Virus record (IMG/VR): IMGVR_UViG_3300047510_001990
Span: 1 to 61,318 of that record
DNA: 61,318 nt
Source of the DNA: a virus
Lineage: Duplodnaviria; Caudoviricetes
Reading direction: 5' to 3' (one strand)
Shown here: positions 52,801 through 61,318 of the stretch, one piece after another
Layout of the letters: each line of letters begins with the position of its first letter
How positions within the stretch are numbered: the stretch's first letter is position 1
Program-made: the position numbers and the translations under genes
The notes under the pieces: model-generated
Seen by the model: the letters and a program-made list of their open reading frames with translations, nothing else
Databases searched by the model: none
What the model was told of the DNA's origin: nothing

Positions 52801-55800
52801 AGAATTCGGACGGGCTGAACAATTGGTAGTGCTGCTCGTACTTGAGCGTGCCGTTCTCGAACGCTTGTTGGGTGCGAGCATTGGCCTCTTTGTCGCCCAG
52901 GCTGGCCGCCAGCATGTCATTCAACGCCGTTTTCAGCTTGGCATCACCCGCTTTGTACGCGGCATCCCAAGCCCGCTGCCATTCCTTCATCACGCCGCTT
53001 TGCACGGCACCCGGCATCATGCGCTCGGTGTGGTGCAGGATTTCATGCACCGCCGTACCGTTGCCAAGGTTGGCCGAGGTGAATAGCGTGACGATTCGGG
53101 CCAGCGGGTTGTAGTTGCCCGTCGTGCCCTTGCCGTCCCTGCCTGACATGGCAATACCCAGGTCATTCGCCAGATTCGGATTCTGGTCGAGCAACCATTC
53201 GGCAAAGTCGGCCTCGTTGCGCGGCACCGTGTTGTCGGCCACGCCCCGGCGAAGCTGCGACACGATCCAGTCGGCACCCCGGCGCCGGCCGGATTCCATG
53301 CGGCGATCGTCGCGGGCCTCGTTGCGCTGCTCCAGCTTGCCGATCAACTGCTGCACCCCGAGGCGGTATTCGGCCTCGGTGATCTTGCCGTCGTTGCGGC
53401 GACGTTCCAGCCCCTTGAGTTTGGTCAGCGCGTTGGCGCGTACCTGCTCGGGCTTGTCGGCAAAAGCGGCGGCCGGGGTAGTGGAAAGGTCGTTCAGGAT
53501 CGAAGGCGTGGCCCCGTCGAATGCGCCGGTGTTGCCGATGGCGGATTTGATTTGGGTGGGGCGGCTTGCGACGACCACACGCCTGGGGTTTTGCTCTCCA
53601 TAAGGCCCGCCACCATCACGGATGCCATCAGCAATCACACCGTCGTATCCGGCCGCTAGAGCGCCGCGTATTACTTCCGAAAAACCGATTAGTGACTCCC
53701 GCCCTTCACGACCTCGCAGTATGTTGCGCTCGTCAAAATGAACCGCAATTTCAGCCGGGAACAGTGACAGCGTGAGCGACCCCCACTGCTCGCCGTTCGC
53801 ATTGAACGTAAACGGTTTCTGCAAAGAGACATGGGACGGCATGACATTTGGCGTGCCGTAGCGAACATCACCCGCGTACTCGCTTGCTACCGCCGGGTCG
53901 TCGCTAAAGTAATGCAGCCTCGGTTTTCCGCGTCGGCCGTCAGGGTTGAACTCGTCAAAACTGTGCCGCGTCCCGTGATAAACCACCAGCGGCCGGCCCT
54001 GCTCATCGACCACCTTGGAATCGCCAAACCACTTCCAGAAGTTGCGCACGCCCTCGGCGGTCGGGTGGATCTGCCGGCCCTCGCTGTTGCGGGTGGGGCG
54101 GTCTTTGCCATCGACCTTGATGGTGGCGGGTAGCGGGCGGGAAATGTCGTTGAACTCGCGGGGGCCGGCCTCACCCTTCACCGCAAACATTTCCCGCGCC
54201 TTATCCTGATTGCTCAGGGCCACCAAGGTTTCCTCGCGCTGCTTGAGCAGGTATTCCACCGTGGCGCGCATCTGCGCCTCGGTGAGATTCCGAGCCGTCA
54301 TCACGCCGCCGGTCTTGTAGAAATCGCCGCCAATGGCGTTGGTCAATCCGGGGTCTAGGAAGTAGGTGCCGCCCTCCTTCTTGCTGCTCGGAACGATGAC
54401 GGTATAGACAGGGCCGCGCGCAATAATCCGCAGGGCAGCGTCCGGGGTTCCGATGGTGGCGCCGTCATTGGTCGCGCCAAAGAATTGGCTAGCGGCGTCG
54501 GCGCTCTTGATCTTCACCGGAACGTTCTTCTGCTCCTTGGCAAAGTCAAACTGCCGACTCATCAGCACGCCCTGCCCGATGGTGCCGTCCTTCTTCGTGT
54601 AGCTGACGATCTGGCCGTTGTATTGCGAAAAGCCGGCCAGGATGTTGCCCGTCACCATCCACCGCTTCTCGCGGCGCACCGTGGCGCCCTTGTCGAAAAT
54701 GTCCAGCACGCGCATTGGCTCAAGCGCCTGCGTTTCGGCGTTGTACCAATTCACGGTGTTTTCTTTGGCCAGTTGATACCGGGCAGACAGTTGCGAGAAG
54801 CTCAACTTCAAAGACTTTGCATCGCCATTGGCCAGCGCGATCTGCATTTTCCAGTCGGATCCGGCGGCCGGGTTGGTCGTGCGCCCCGAGTTGGAAATGT
54901 CGGTGATCGCGCCGTAAAGCACTTGGCCGTTGTTGTCCGTGATCGAAATGGTGTCGCCAATCCGGTAGGTGCTCAGTACGGTGTTGGCCATGTTGAGCGC
55001 CATGTCGATCTGATTGCGAGCGGCTTCAATCCGAATCGGATCGGGTGCTTCCGCCGACTGCATCTTCCCGAGTACCTTTTTGGAGTATTCGGCGGTGCGC
55101 ACGGCCAGCTCACTGAGAGCATCGTTGGCGGTCTGCGCGGCCGTCTTGTCGCCCAGCCGTTCCTTCACCATGTCGGTTATTTCGGCGGTCGAGTACGGTT
55201 TTACCGTGCGCTTCACATCCACGCGCTCCATCTGCGCCGGGGCGGCGAAAATGGAATTGCTTTCCTTCTGCTCGGTGATCGGCTGGGAGTCGATTGTCTC
55301 GGCATCCAAGTCCATTGCCTTGGCTTCTAGCTTGTTGGTGCCCAGGCTGTTTTCGCGCTCAAGCAGCTCGTTGTAGCGGTCGATCAAGTCCTTGTAGATC
55401 GTTTCCTGTTGAGCGATGGGCAGAATCGGAATGTAGCCGGTGAGTTTGCGAATGTCGTCCTCGGAAGCCTCCTCGGTCGGATCTTCTACCAGCTTGATGA
55501 CTTTGGAGCCGCCGATTGCCTGATGCACTTCTTGGTTGTCGCGCAGGTATTCATGCACGACTTGGCCGCCGTAGTCGTTCATGAAATCGACCACGCCTTC
55601 AGCGGTCACAGCCGACTTGCGAGAGGCCGTGGTGTTGGCATTCAGGCTAGCCATCTTCTTGAGCAACACCGCAGCCGGACGCATTTCAGCCGGAATGTCG
55701 GCCATCATTTGCGAATAGGCGGGCATGCCGAAAACCGCCGGCTTGCCTTCTGGCGCCTTGGCTTCGCTGGGTTCCTCGTAGCCAACAGACTTTAGGTGTT

Positions 55801-58800
55801 GCAGCGCAATACTGCGGTCAAGCGGCTTGTCTTGGTCGAGCGTTCTACCCAGCGCCCCTTCTATGTCCTGCCATAGAAGGTCGTTGGCACTCATCATCTG
55901 TTCCAGCTTGGCGTAGGTTGCGTCATCCCCATAGACGATTCCGCTGGTCACTTGCCCGGTGCGATGCACCCGGCCAAGCATCTGCATATGCGTGTCGATG
56001 TTCTTCTCGGCCTGCACCACGATCATGTGACGCTTGCGCTGATCCTTGAATTTTGAGGAAGCGTGCAGGGACAGGCCCGTGGAGCCGGCCTGATTCAAGA
56101 TCAACACATCCGTGTCGCCGTTATTGAACCCGCGCACGGCGCCGACGCGCTGCTTGATGTTGGCCGTGCGGCTGGCCAGCACTGGTTGGCCGCCTTCATA
56201 ATTCAGACCAATGGTGCGCCCGGTGATTTCGTCCGTCTTGTAGCCCGCCTTGCGAAGCTCGGCGTGCATATAGTCGATGGGCGAGATCGGGGCAGAGCCA
56301 AACCCGGATTCGGCAATCTGCTGCTTGATGCGCTGGAACATGGCGACGAGCGAGGGGCCAAGCTCATCATCGGTCAGGCGGTGCTCCCTCACCTGCCCGT
56401 TTGCCGATTTGATTTTTACGATGCGCTGCTTTTCGAGATACCGGCCGTAGAGGTCGGCAAAAGACAGAGCCACCGGGTCGCCGGTGTTCAGGCCCATTTC
56501 CTCGGCGTATTTTTGCAGGAACGAACCCATCGTGTTCGATACCGTCATCACCACTTTTTCGCCGGCCTTGAGGCGTCCAATGGCGTGCTTCACCGAGTCT
56601 TGCGCCTTGAGTGACAGCAACATTTGGTCGATCAGGTTGTGCATGATCGAGCCAAAGTTCGCGCCCTGCACGCTGCTCGCTTCGCCGCCAACAGCGGCAA
56701 GAGTCGCCCCCTGCTTGTCCATTTCCTTCTGCATCTGCGCGATTACTGCCTCTTTTGCGCGAGAGAAGGCAAGAATGGAGCGCATGGCCGAGGCCATGTT
56801 TTCGGCGGTTTCCTTATCGACCTTGGTTTCCACCGTGTCATAGGACACGCCGGCAAAGGTGCGCTCACGGCGAATGTACTGGCCGTCCTGGGTGAGCATC
56901 GTGGCCACTACTTGCTGCATCGGCACGCCACCCTTTTTGATGGCTTCGCCAAGGTCGCGCGGGCGATCAACGGCCAAGCTCATGTTCGTGCTGGAGTACA
57001 GATCCATCACGTCCGGGCGTTTGGCGTAGGTGGCCGACGAGAAAAAGGTGCCAAAGGCGTTTTTGACCAGATCACGGACAAACGCGGATCTTCCCGTGGC
57101 GGTGCTTTCGCCCTTCTTTTCCGCTTCCCTCTGCTCTTTGGTGCGCGCCTGCTGCTCTCCGCTGCCACCGGCATTGTGGCTTTCGTCGAAGATCATGTAA
57201 TTGCTGTTGCCAAACTGCCTCACAAACCGTTGGCGCTCGGTGGCCTTGCCCTTGACGGTTTGCAACTGGCTGTACGTCGTGAAAATGACGCGGTACTCGC
57301 CCAAGCTGTCCGAGGTGGCCATGTCGCGCATCATTTCGTCCAGCGCCTTGCCGGTCTTTGGGGACTTCAGCGTGAGGTTGGTTTCAGTGACTTCGCCGTT
57401 CTTATTGCGAATCAGGGTGTAGGGAATCGACTCGCCGCCATTGGTAATGAAGATGCGCGGCTTTTTGGTGTCGAGCGCCAGCTCATCAGTCATGCCAATG
57501 TCGTCCAAGTCGCGGATCATGTCCGAATACAAGTTCGGCTTTTCTGTGACGAAGATCGGCGTTTTGTCATTGACCAGCGCGTACCGGATCATGGCCGCAA
57601 CCACCCGGCCCTTTCCGATGCCGGTCTGGTCGCCAATGATGAAGCCCTTGCCGGCTTCGGCGTTGTCGATGGCCAGCGCCAGCGCATCCACTTGCTCGGC
57701 TGAAAAATTGGCGCTCAGGGTATCCGACTCCATCTGGAGCGAGTCGGCAACGTACTGATCGAGGTTGCCTACCCTGTCCTCAATCTTTTGAAGTGATGCG
57801 TCGATCGCGTCGCGCATCGCCTTCGGCACAAGCGTGCCAACCGACGAGGCTTGGGAATGTGGGGCGTAGGCAACCTGGGTTTCGGTTTCCTGTTCCTCGC
57901 CCCGGCGGTCGGTCAGTCCAGACTCGACGCGCTCACCTGCGACAACGCTAGATCCACCCACGCTGTCAGATCGGTTTGCTCGATTGCTTCCTGAGCGTCC
58001 GGGTTGTTGCTGCTTACCTTCGCCGGAAACGGGCTGCTTTCCGCCAGCGCCAGATTGAGGTGCGTTTGCAGATTCCAGTTGCCCAGCACCAGCACGTTGC
58101 CCGCCTGATTCGGGTCGTCCTCCGTTGGCAGTTGCATTGCCGCGCACACCCGAGCCAGCTCCGCCGGACTGGCTTTGCGTGCCAGATTGGACACTCGATC
58201 CGCCAGTGCCTCCACCCAATCCTTCTTTGTCAGCACCCCCGGCTTGACCATCACGGCTACCAACTCCATCGGTGCCGCTGCCTGCTCGGGACTCCACGCC
58301 ATTAGCGCCATTCAGTTTCTCCTTGAGTTCGTCATACGAACGGATGATTTTCGGAAGGTCGGCTGCGGGCAGATCGCGCGCCGACTTGCCGCGCCCGTCA
58401 ATGACGATTACATCAACCGGGTAGCTTGCCCCTTGCTTGGAGTAAAGGTCGCCATCAACCGTGAAATGATCGACTACATTGTAGTCGTTGTAGAGGTTGA
58501 AGTAGAACGTGCGCTTGCTCTTGCCCCGGTAGTCATCGCGCCGCGCTTCTTCGGCCTCGCTTTGTACGCCACCAACAATGAGCACCGCCCGCCCGTCGTC
58601 CTTCATGGTAGCCAATGCCTTGAAGGCAATGGCGTGATCGACTTCGCGGGTGCCGTAATTCGGCTTCACCTCGTAGATGATGGTGTTGCCCTGGGCGTCT
58701 TTGGTCACGCCAAACGGCGGGTTGGCAATCACCGCGTCTTGGGACTTTGCCGGGGCCATGTTCTCGGTGGCGGCGTTCTTCTGCTCTGCCTTGAATCCCA

Positions 58801-61318
58801 TCGCGTCCAGCATGGCGGCGCGCTTGGGGTTCAGTTCATTGGCAACTGAGTTTTCCAGCTTCGCCCCGACCAGCAACATCCCGTTGCCGGCGGTCGGTTC
58901 GAGCACCTTGCTCTTGTAGGTGATGCCGGCCAGTTCCGATGCGAGGTAGGCCAGCGGCACGGGCGTCGAATACGCCTGATCGCGCACGCTGGTCGATGAG
59001 CGCACCGACAAATTCGGCTGGCGGTTGTAGAGATCAACCAGCCGGCTGTAAATCACCTCGGGCGAGCGGCCCTGCTTGCGGCCGGCTTCGACAATCTCGC
59101 GCCCCGCCAGCACTACGCCGGTTTCAATCGCTTCGTCGGCCTGCTTGGCCAGCTCGGTGGCGGCTTCAATCGGGCGACCGATGATCTCGCTGATCTTCTT
59201 GCGCGCCTCGATGATGGTCTTGAACGAGCCGTCGCCAATCAGGAAGTCGGCAATCTCCTTGGCAACCTTAAATTTTCCTTCGGGGGTGAAAAGGTCGGTT
59301 TCGGTGGCAGCATCTTCCGCACGCTTTTCAGTGCCAGCCGTTTCTTCAATAAACCGGACGACATACGGCTTCATGTTGCCGGCGGCTTCCGCCCCAAACT
59401 TGTCCAGTACCATGCGCACAACGGTACGCATGGCCTCCTTTAAGTCCGAGCCGGCGTCTTTCAGGTTGGCGATAGCTTGCAGGAAAAGCGGCTTGGCCTT
59501 TGCGTAGGTTTCCTCATCAAAGGATAGACCACTGTTTAGACGACCGGGGCCGCCAAACAGCTTGCCCAGGCCGTCAATCGCCGCGTCCAGCCCGGCGGCG
59601 GTGTTCTTCGCGGCGCTGGCCAGCGATTCGGCGGCGGTGCGTTGGGCGCGGGCTTCCTTCTCGGTTTTTGGCTTGCCGGCCTTCGCCTCGTAGCCGCGCA
59701 TTTCCGCATCAAGCTCGTCGTTCTGCCCTGTCAGCTTGGCGATTTCTTCCGCCGCAGCCGGGAACAGGTCGGCGTAGCCGGCAAACTGTTTTACATCTCC
59801 AGCTTTAACCGCTTTTACCGCTGCGTCCTCTGCGTTGAAAATATTGACGCGCAATTGGCGCAAGGTGGATTCGGCCGCTGTTACCTTGAGTTGTGCGGCC
59901 TTCTTTTCTTCTAGCGTTCCCGCCTTTTCTGCTTCGTTCTTGAGTCGGGCGATCCGGCTTTTTTGCTTCTGCAACTGCGACCCAATGGCCTCCGATACGG
60001 AGGCCGGCACGGCTACGGTGCCTGCGCTTTCCGTCTTTTGCTTGGCATCCTTCGCCAATTCCTCGGCCAGCACGTCATCGAACATGGCGTCGAAGTCGTC
60101 GGCTTTGGGGGCTTGGTCGCCGCTTCCCTGTTTTACAGAATTATCCTTGCGGCTTTCCATGAAGGCTTCAATCGCGGCGTCGGCCTCGATCCGGGTGGCC
60201 TGAGCCTCATGGAAATACTTAATGCGGATCGGCTGTGCGTTGCGACCGATCTCGAAGCGGGCCAAATTGGTACGGCCATCGCTACCCCGAACGATGTACT
60301 CGCCCTTGTTGGTGTCGGTGTTGTCGATTACCGTGGCGCGGGGTTTTTCGGCCTTCTGCTCGTCCTTGAATGACTTCGCCTCTTTCTCGGTCTTGGGCTT
60401 CTCGCCAACCGGCTCCGCCCCCTTCGCCACAATCTCAAACCGTTTGCCGTTCTTTACCGCCTCATGCGTGTCGGCCAGCCCGTTTTTCTTGATGAAGTCC
60501 TTGGCCTTGTCAGGGGTGGCGAAGTACGCCGTGCCCTTGGCAATGCGGTCGAGCGCGGCTTGGCGCTTCTTGTCGATGCCGAACAGGCGTTCCAGATCTT
60601 CCTTGCCTGCGTTCTTGGGCTTGTTCTCTGGCGCTACTGCCCCGGCTGATACGGCGGGTGCTTCCGATCCTTGCGCTTCTGCTTGCTGGGCTTCAACGGC
60701 TTGAGGGCCACTTGGTTCCTCCGTTTGTTGGGCGTTTGTCTTGCGCTTGGCCAGTTCAGCGCGGATTGCTTGCCTGATTGCGTTGTCCTTGGAACCGGCC
60801 AACTGCGCGGTCAGTTCTTCGGTGGTGCGGGCGGATAGATCGACGGTCGCGGGGGCGACCGGGCGCGCGCCTGCGGGGGCTACTTGCCCTTCTTGTACCC
60901 GCCCGCCTGTTGCATCGGCTGCGGGTTCTTGGGCGGCATCGGGGGCTTGGCCGGTGCTTTCGCTTGGTGCAGGCCCAACTGCTTCGGGTTCTTGTGGGAC
61001 TTGTACATTCTGACTCTCCTGTTGGTTGAATCCGTAAAGGCCGCGAAGCGCAGCCGGGTTGTCGCCAGCCTGCTCCAATGCGGCAAGCTCACGTTCCTCG
61101 GCCGGGGTCAGGCCGGCCCCAGGCACGTCCTGATCGACCGCACCTTCCTCGGTGACAACGGTTTCGCGGGTGCCGTCACGCTTGGCCAGCAAGCGGTCGC
61201 GCTGGGTGTCGGCAAAATCGAGCACGTCCTGATCGGTGAATGAATCGGCGCCGGCCTCGGGTTGCGTGGGCGCGGCGGCTTCAACGGCGGCGGCGGGTTC
61301 AGTGGGTGCGGGCTGTTC
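49754..61318 (-). CDS. Giant DarB-like polyvalent virion protein, C-terminal part (total ~4428 aa with 1..1745)
   Basis: N6-MTase VLEPTAGNG/NPPFG; Strawberry-notch helicase GDQTGIGKGR, FDESH, AGSTGLSLHA; ART-like WFGDSKVVD..PLVVYHGT; HEILH; PLMRFG. Confidence 0.92.
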   Translation of the reverse strand, partial: EQPAPTEPAAAVEAAAPTQPEAGADSFTDQDVLDFADTQRDRLLAKRDGTRETVVTEEGAVDQDVPGAGLTPAEERELAALEQAGDNPAALRGLYGFNQQESQNVQVPQEPEAVGPAPSESTGQAPDAAQEPAADATGGRVQEGQVAPAGARPVAPATVDLSARTTEELTAQLAGSKDNAIRQAIRAELAKRKTNAQQTEEPSGPQAVEAQQAEAQGSEAPAVSAGAVAPENKPKNAGKEDLERLFGIDKKRQAALDRIAKGTAYFATPDKAKDFIKKNGLADTHEAVKNGKRFEIVAKGAEPVGEKPKTEKEAKSFKDEQKAEKPRATVIDNTDTNKGEYIVRGSDGRTNLARFEIGRNAQPIRIKYFHEAQATRIEADAAIEAFMESRKDNSVKQGSGDQAPKADDFDAMFDDVLAEELAKDAKQKTESAGTVAVPASVSEAIGSQLQKQKSRIARLKNEAEKAGTLEEKKAAQLKVTAAESTLRQLRVNIFNAEDAAVKAVKAGDVKQFAGYADLFPAAAEEIAKLTGQNDELDAEMRGYEAKAGKPKTEKEARAQRTAAESLASAAKNTAAGLDAAIDGLGKLFGGPGRLNSGLSFDEETYAKAKPLFLQAIANLKDAGSDLKEAMRTVVRMVLDKFGAEAAGNMKPYVVRFIEETAGTEKRAEDAATETDLFTPEGKFKVAKEIADFLIGDGSFKTIIEARKKISEIIGRPIEAATELAKQADEAIETGVVLAGREIVEAGRKQGRSPEVIYSRLVDLYNRQPNLSVRSSTSVRDQAYSTPVPLAYLASELAGITYKSKVLEPTAGNGMLLVGAKLENSVANELNPKRAAMLDAMGFKAEQKNAATENMAPAKSQDAVIANPPFGVTKDAQGNTIIYEVKPNYGTREVDHAIAFKALATMKDDGRAVLIVGGVQSEAEEARRDDYRGKSKRTFYFNLYNDYNVVDHFTVDGDLYSKQGASYPVDVIVIDGRGKSARDLPAADLPKIIRSYDELKEKLNGANGVESRAGSGTDGVGSRDGQAGGADKEGLGGGTGGSSVQSGTQSQSGGAGSGVRGNATANGGRPESGGQRAGAGQLESANAPQSGAGGKQPVSGEGKQQQPGRSGSNRANRSDSVGGSSVVAGERVESGLTDRRGEEQETETQVAYAPHSQASSVGTLVPKAMRDAIDASLQKIEDRVGNLDQYVADSLQMESDTLSANFSAEQVDALALAIDNAEAGKGFIIGDQTGIGKGRVVAAMIRYALVNDKTPIFVTEKPNLYSDMIRDLDDIGMTDELALDTKKPRIFITNGGESIPYTLIRNKNGEVTETNLTLKSPKTGKALDEMMRDMATSDSLGEYRVIFTTYSQLQTVKGKATERQRFVRQFGNSNYMIFDESHNAGGSGEQQARTKEQREAEKKGESTATGRSAFVRDLVKNAFGTFFSSATYAKRPDVMDLYSSTNMSLAVDRPRDLGEAIKKGGVPMQQVVATMLTQDGQYIRRERTFAGVSYDTVETKVDKETAENMASAMRSILAFSRAKEAVIAQMQKEMDKQGATLAAVGGEASSVQGANFGSIMHNLIDQMLLSLKAQDSVKHAIGRLKAGEKVVMTVSNTMGSFLQKYAEEMGLNTGDPVALSFADLYGRYLEKQRIVKIKSANGQVREHRLTDDELGPSLVAMFQRIKQQIAESGFGSAPISPIDYMHAELRKAGYKTDEITGRTIGLNYEGGQPVLASRTANIKQRVGAVRGFNNGDTDVLILNQAGSTGLSLHASSKFKDQRKRHMIVVQAEKNIDTHMQMLGRVHRTGQVTSGIVYGDDATYAKLEQMMSANDLLWQDIEGALGRTLDQDKPLDRSIALQHLKSVGYEEPSEAKAPEGKPAVFGMPAYSQMMADIPAEMRPAAVLLKKMASLNANTTASRKSAVTAEGVVDFMNDYGGQVVHEYLRDNQEVHQAIGGSKVIKLVEDPTEEASEDDIRKLTGYIPILPIAQQETIYKDLIDRYNELLERENSLGTNKLEAKAMDLDAETIDSQPITEQKESNSIFAAPAQMERVDVKRTVKPYSTAEITDMVKERLGDKTAAQTANDALSELAVRTAEYSKKVLGKMQSAEAPDPIRIEAARNQIDMALNMANTVLSTYRIGDTISITDNNGQVLYGAITDISNSGRTTNPAAGSDWKMQIALANGDAKSLKLSFSQLSARYQLAKENTVNWYNAETQALEPMRVLDIFDKGATVRREKRWMVTGNILAGFSQYNGQIVSYTKKDGTIGQGVLMSRQFDFAKEQKNVPVKIKSADAASQFFGATNDGATIGTPDAALRIIARGPVYTVIVPSSKKEGGTYFLDPGLTNAIGGDFYKTGGVMTARNLTEAQMRATVEYLLKQREETLVALSNQDKAREMFAVKGEAGPREFNDISRPLPATIKVDGKDRPTRNSEGRQIHPTAEGVRNFWKWFGDSKVVDEQGRPLVVYHGTRHSFDEFNPDGRRGKPRLHYFSDDPAVASEYAGDVRYGTPNVMPSHVSLQKPFTFNANGEQWGSLTLSLFPAEIAVHFDERNILRGREGRESLIGFSEVIRGALAAGYDGVIADGIRDGGGPYGEQNPRRVVVASRPTQIKSAIGNTGAFDGATPSILNDLSTTPAAAFADKPEQVRANALTKLKGLERRRNDGKITEAEYRLGVQQLIGKLEQRNEARDDRRMESGRRRGADWIVSQLRRGVADNTVPRNEADFAEWLLDQNPNLANDLGIAMSGRDGKGTTGNYNPLARIVTLFTSANLGNGTAVHEILHHTERMMPGAVQSGVMKEWQRAWDAAYKAGDAKLKTALNDMLAASLGDKEANARTQQAFENGTLKYEQHYQLFSPSEFWAVNATSILSGRFAAKGSWVKTAIQWFKEFMQRAKAVFGLRSDATILKALDAVMKGEGVFQPGAMMMAERVAEDVTGATVGEQTYNDIARKVQNNVVQFFGNRNESLKTFGAFNKTLSTQYHKALKDRDYGRVFGFANAMQNHVSIAAIRPAELAPGVLPRVDDVKSALKTVWKGKQANADIDGATKAIFAGTLYGKDVMQGKVFSDDDLRNQFKLTDTGIALYKQARAAIDASLDELAAAEAFSMAQGFVPKVIRRGLIDNPQSAPAVLAMELGKQIKMLKAAIKSAETAGNEEQKAQLEASLEAYINTQRTVDKIFTTAKNLKAAGYAPLMRFGKYTVTVQAIDPETGNLLRDENGDSLTEFYGQYETEGEAISVRNEKQALYKDRDDLRVTTGVKSQTAHELYAGISPETLALFSDAIGAGDTIKKYYQLALSERSALKRRLERKGTAGFSEDMPRVLSNFITSNARFAAQRYYLRDLNNAIKFIPKEKGDVLDEAMSLKKFMNDPNDPGAPISSVMFAWFLGGSVAAAMVNMTQPIMMTAPYLSQHGVGRATAAIAKAMPYALGKKQITDTELRDALKRASQEGVVDAQEIFHLYSQGAQSVASGLANTLAKIPGLGGKIKAGSESARARINAFLTLWGSMFSLAEKFNRKLTFIAAWEVAKAKGEKDPFAFAVRAVNETQGIYNKVNRPNWARGTFGRTLLTFKQFSIMYVELLSRMWKRGGPEGKRAALMMLAVLMLAAGEEGLPFAQDLDDLIDTIGQMFGLDTNMRRNKRRLAHEILGKTGGDLFLYGISSQLPLDVAGRLGVGNLIPGTGILKPSDKELMSRNVAEIFGPAAGMATQIGDAYEAFTEGNTKKALTNLAPKAVKDVLSGLDMADKGYATDAVGRKTTEVTAGEAAIKSVGFNPTTVAQLTRKTMPIQQDVALQRRTESAILDQWVRGITDKDQAMIDKAQARLNEWNRANPDTPIQITGAQIKVRIRNQGLDKETRVLKSAPREMRGRVAEGLDTIE
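57913..58311 (-). CDS. Nested +1-frame gene within the MTase-helicase linker, 132 aa
   Basis: AAGGAG 7 nt before ATG; globular helical sequence, whereas the host frame is G/S/R-rich. Confidence 0.7.
   Translation of the reverse strand: MALMAWSPEQAAAPMELVAVMVKPGVLTKKDWVEALADRVSNLARKASPAELARVCAAMQLPTEDDPNQAGNVLVLGNWNLQTHLNLALAESSPFPAKVSSNNPDAQEAIEQTDLTAWVDLALSQVSASSLD
60634..60711 (-). CDS. Nested +1-frame basic peptide MALKPLKPSKQKRKDRKHPPYQPGQ
   Basis: GGAGG 6 nt before GTG; TAG at 60634. Confidence 0.45.
   Translation of the reverse strand: MALKPLKPSKQKRKDRKHPPYQPGQ
60880..61008 (-). CDS. Nested +1-frame basic 42-aa peptide MYKSHKNPKQ...YKKGK
   Basis: AGGAG 8 nt before ATG. Confidence 0.5.
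   Translation of the reverse strand: MYKSHKNPKQLGLHQAKAPAKPPMPPKNPQPMQQAGGYKKGK
61296..61318 (+). repeat. Second copy of the 23-bp terminal overlap
   Basis: Identical to 1-23. Confidence 0.97.

Larger units (their letters stand above)
1..61318. mobile_element. Complete circular temperate podovirus-like phage genome (excised form, intact attP)
   Basis: Ends overlap by 23 bp and one ORF reads in frame across the junction; full set of terminase, portal, capsid, tail, lysis, replication, repressor and integrase genes; no tape measure or host genes seen. Confidence 0.95.

Noticed and set aside
55724-55948. Intein in the helicase
   Set aside because: Too short and lacks the C-terminal His-Asn plus nucleophile junction
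59239-59313. Fourth nested +1 ORF (MLPPKPTFS...)
   Set aside because: No convincing SD

Overview
The window is an apparently complete, circular (~61,295 bp; 23-bp end overlap 1-23 = 61296-61318) temperate podovirus-type phage genome in excised form, with a Bcep22-like layout and a probably betaproteobacterial host. The minus strand carries lysis, terminase, portal, a head-spike cassette, scaffold, N4-gp56-type capsid, adaptor/tail/fibre genes, ejection proteins and a ~4,428-aa DarB-like polyvalent protein that spans the contig junction (SLT, N6-MTase, Strawberry-notch helicase, ART-like, zincin, PLxRFG). The plus strand carries accessory early genes, the repressor, a Sak4/SSB/Cas4-like/helicase module, xis/int and an intact attP matching the 3' half of tRNA-Arg(ACG). 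The most unusual signals read from the sequence are: (1) a tandem pair of ~260-280-nt structured RNA units at 41.1-41.7 kb, each ending in a tRNA-like domain whose acceptor strand can be sequestered by an upstream anti-acceptor helix; (2) three SD-led ORFs nested in the +1 frame of the giant gene's linkers; (3) six identically spaced GTCRAAT-N14-(-10) late-promoter motifs; (4) an RcGTA-like head spike whose LGLGLG anchor is a separate 42-aa peptide; (5) a dispersed TTGAG-N5-CTCA operator set with an apparently non-cleavable repressor. All family calls are motif recognition by eye; no database searches were run.
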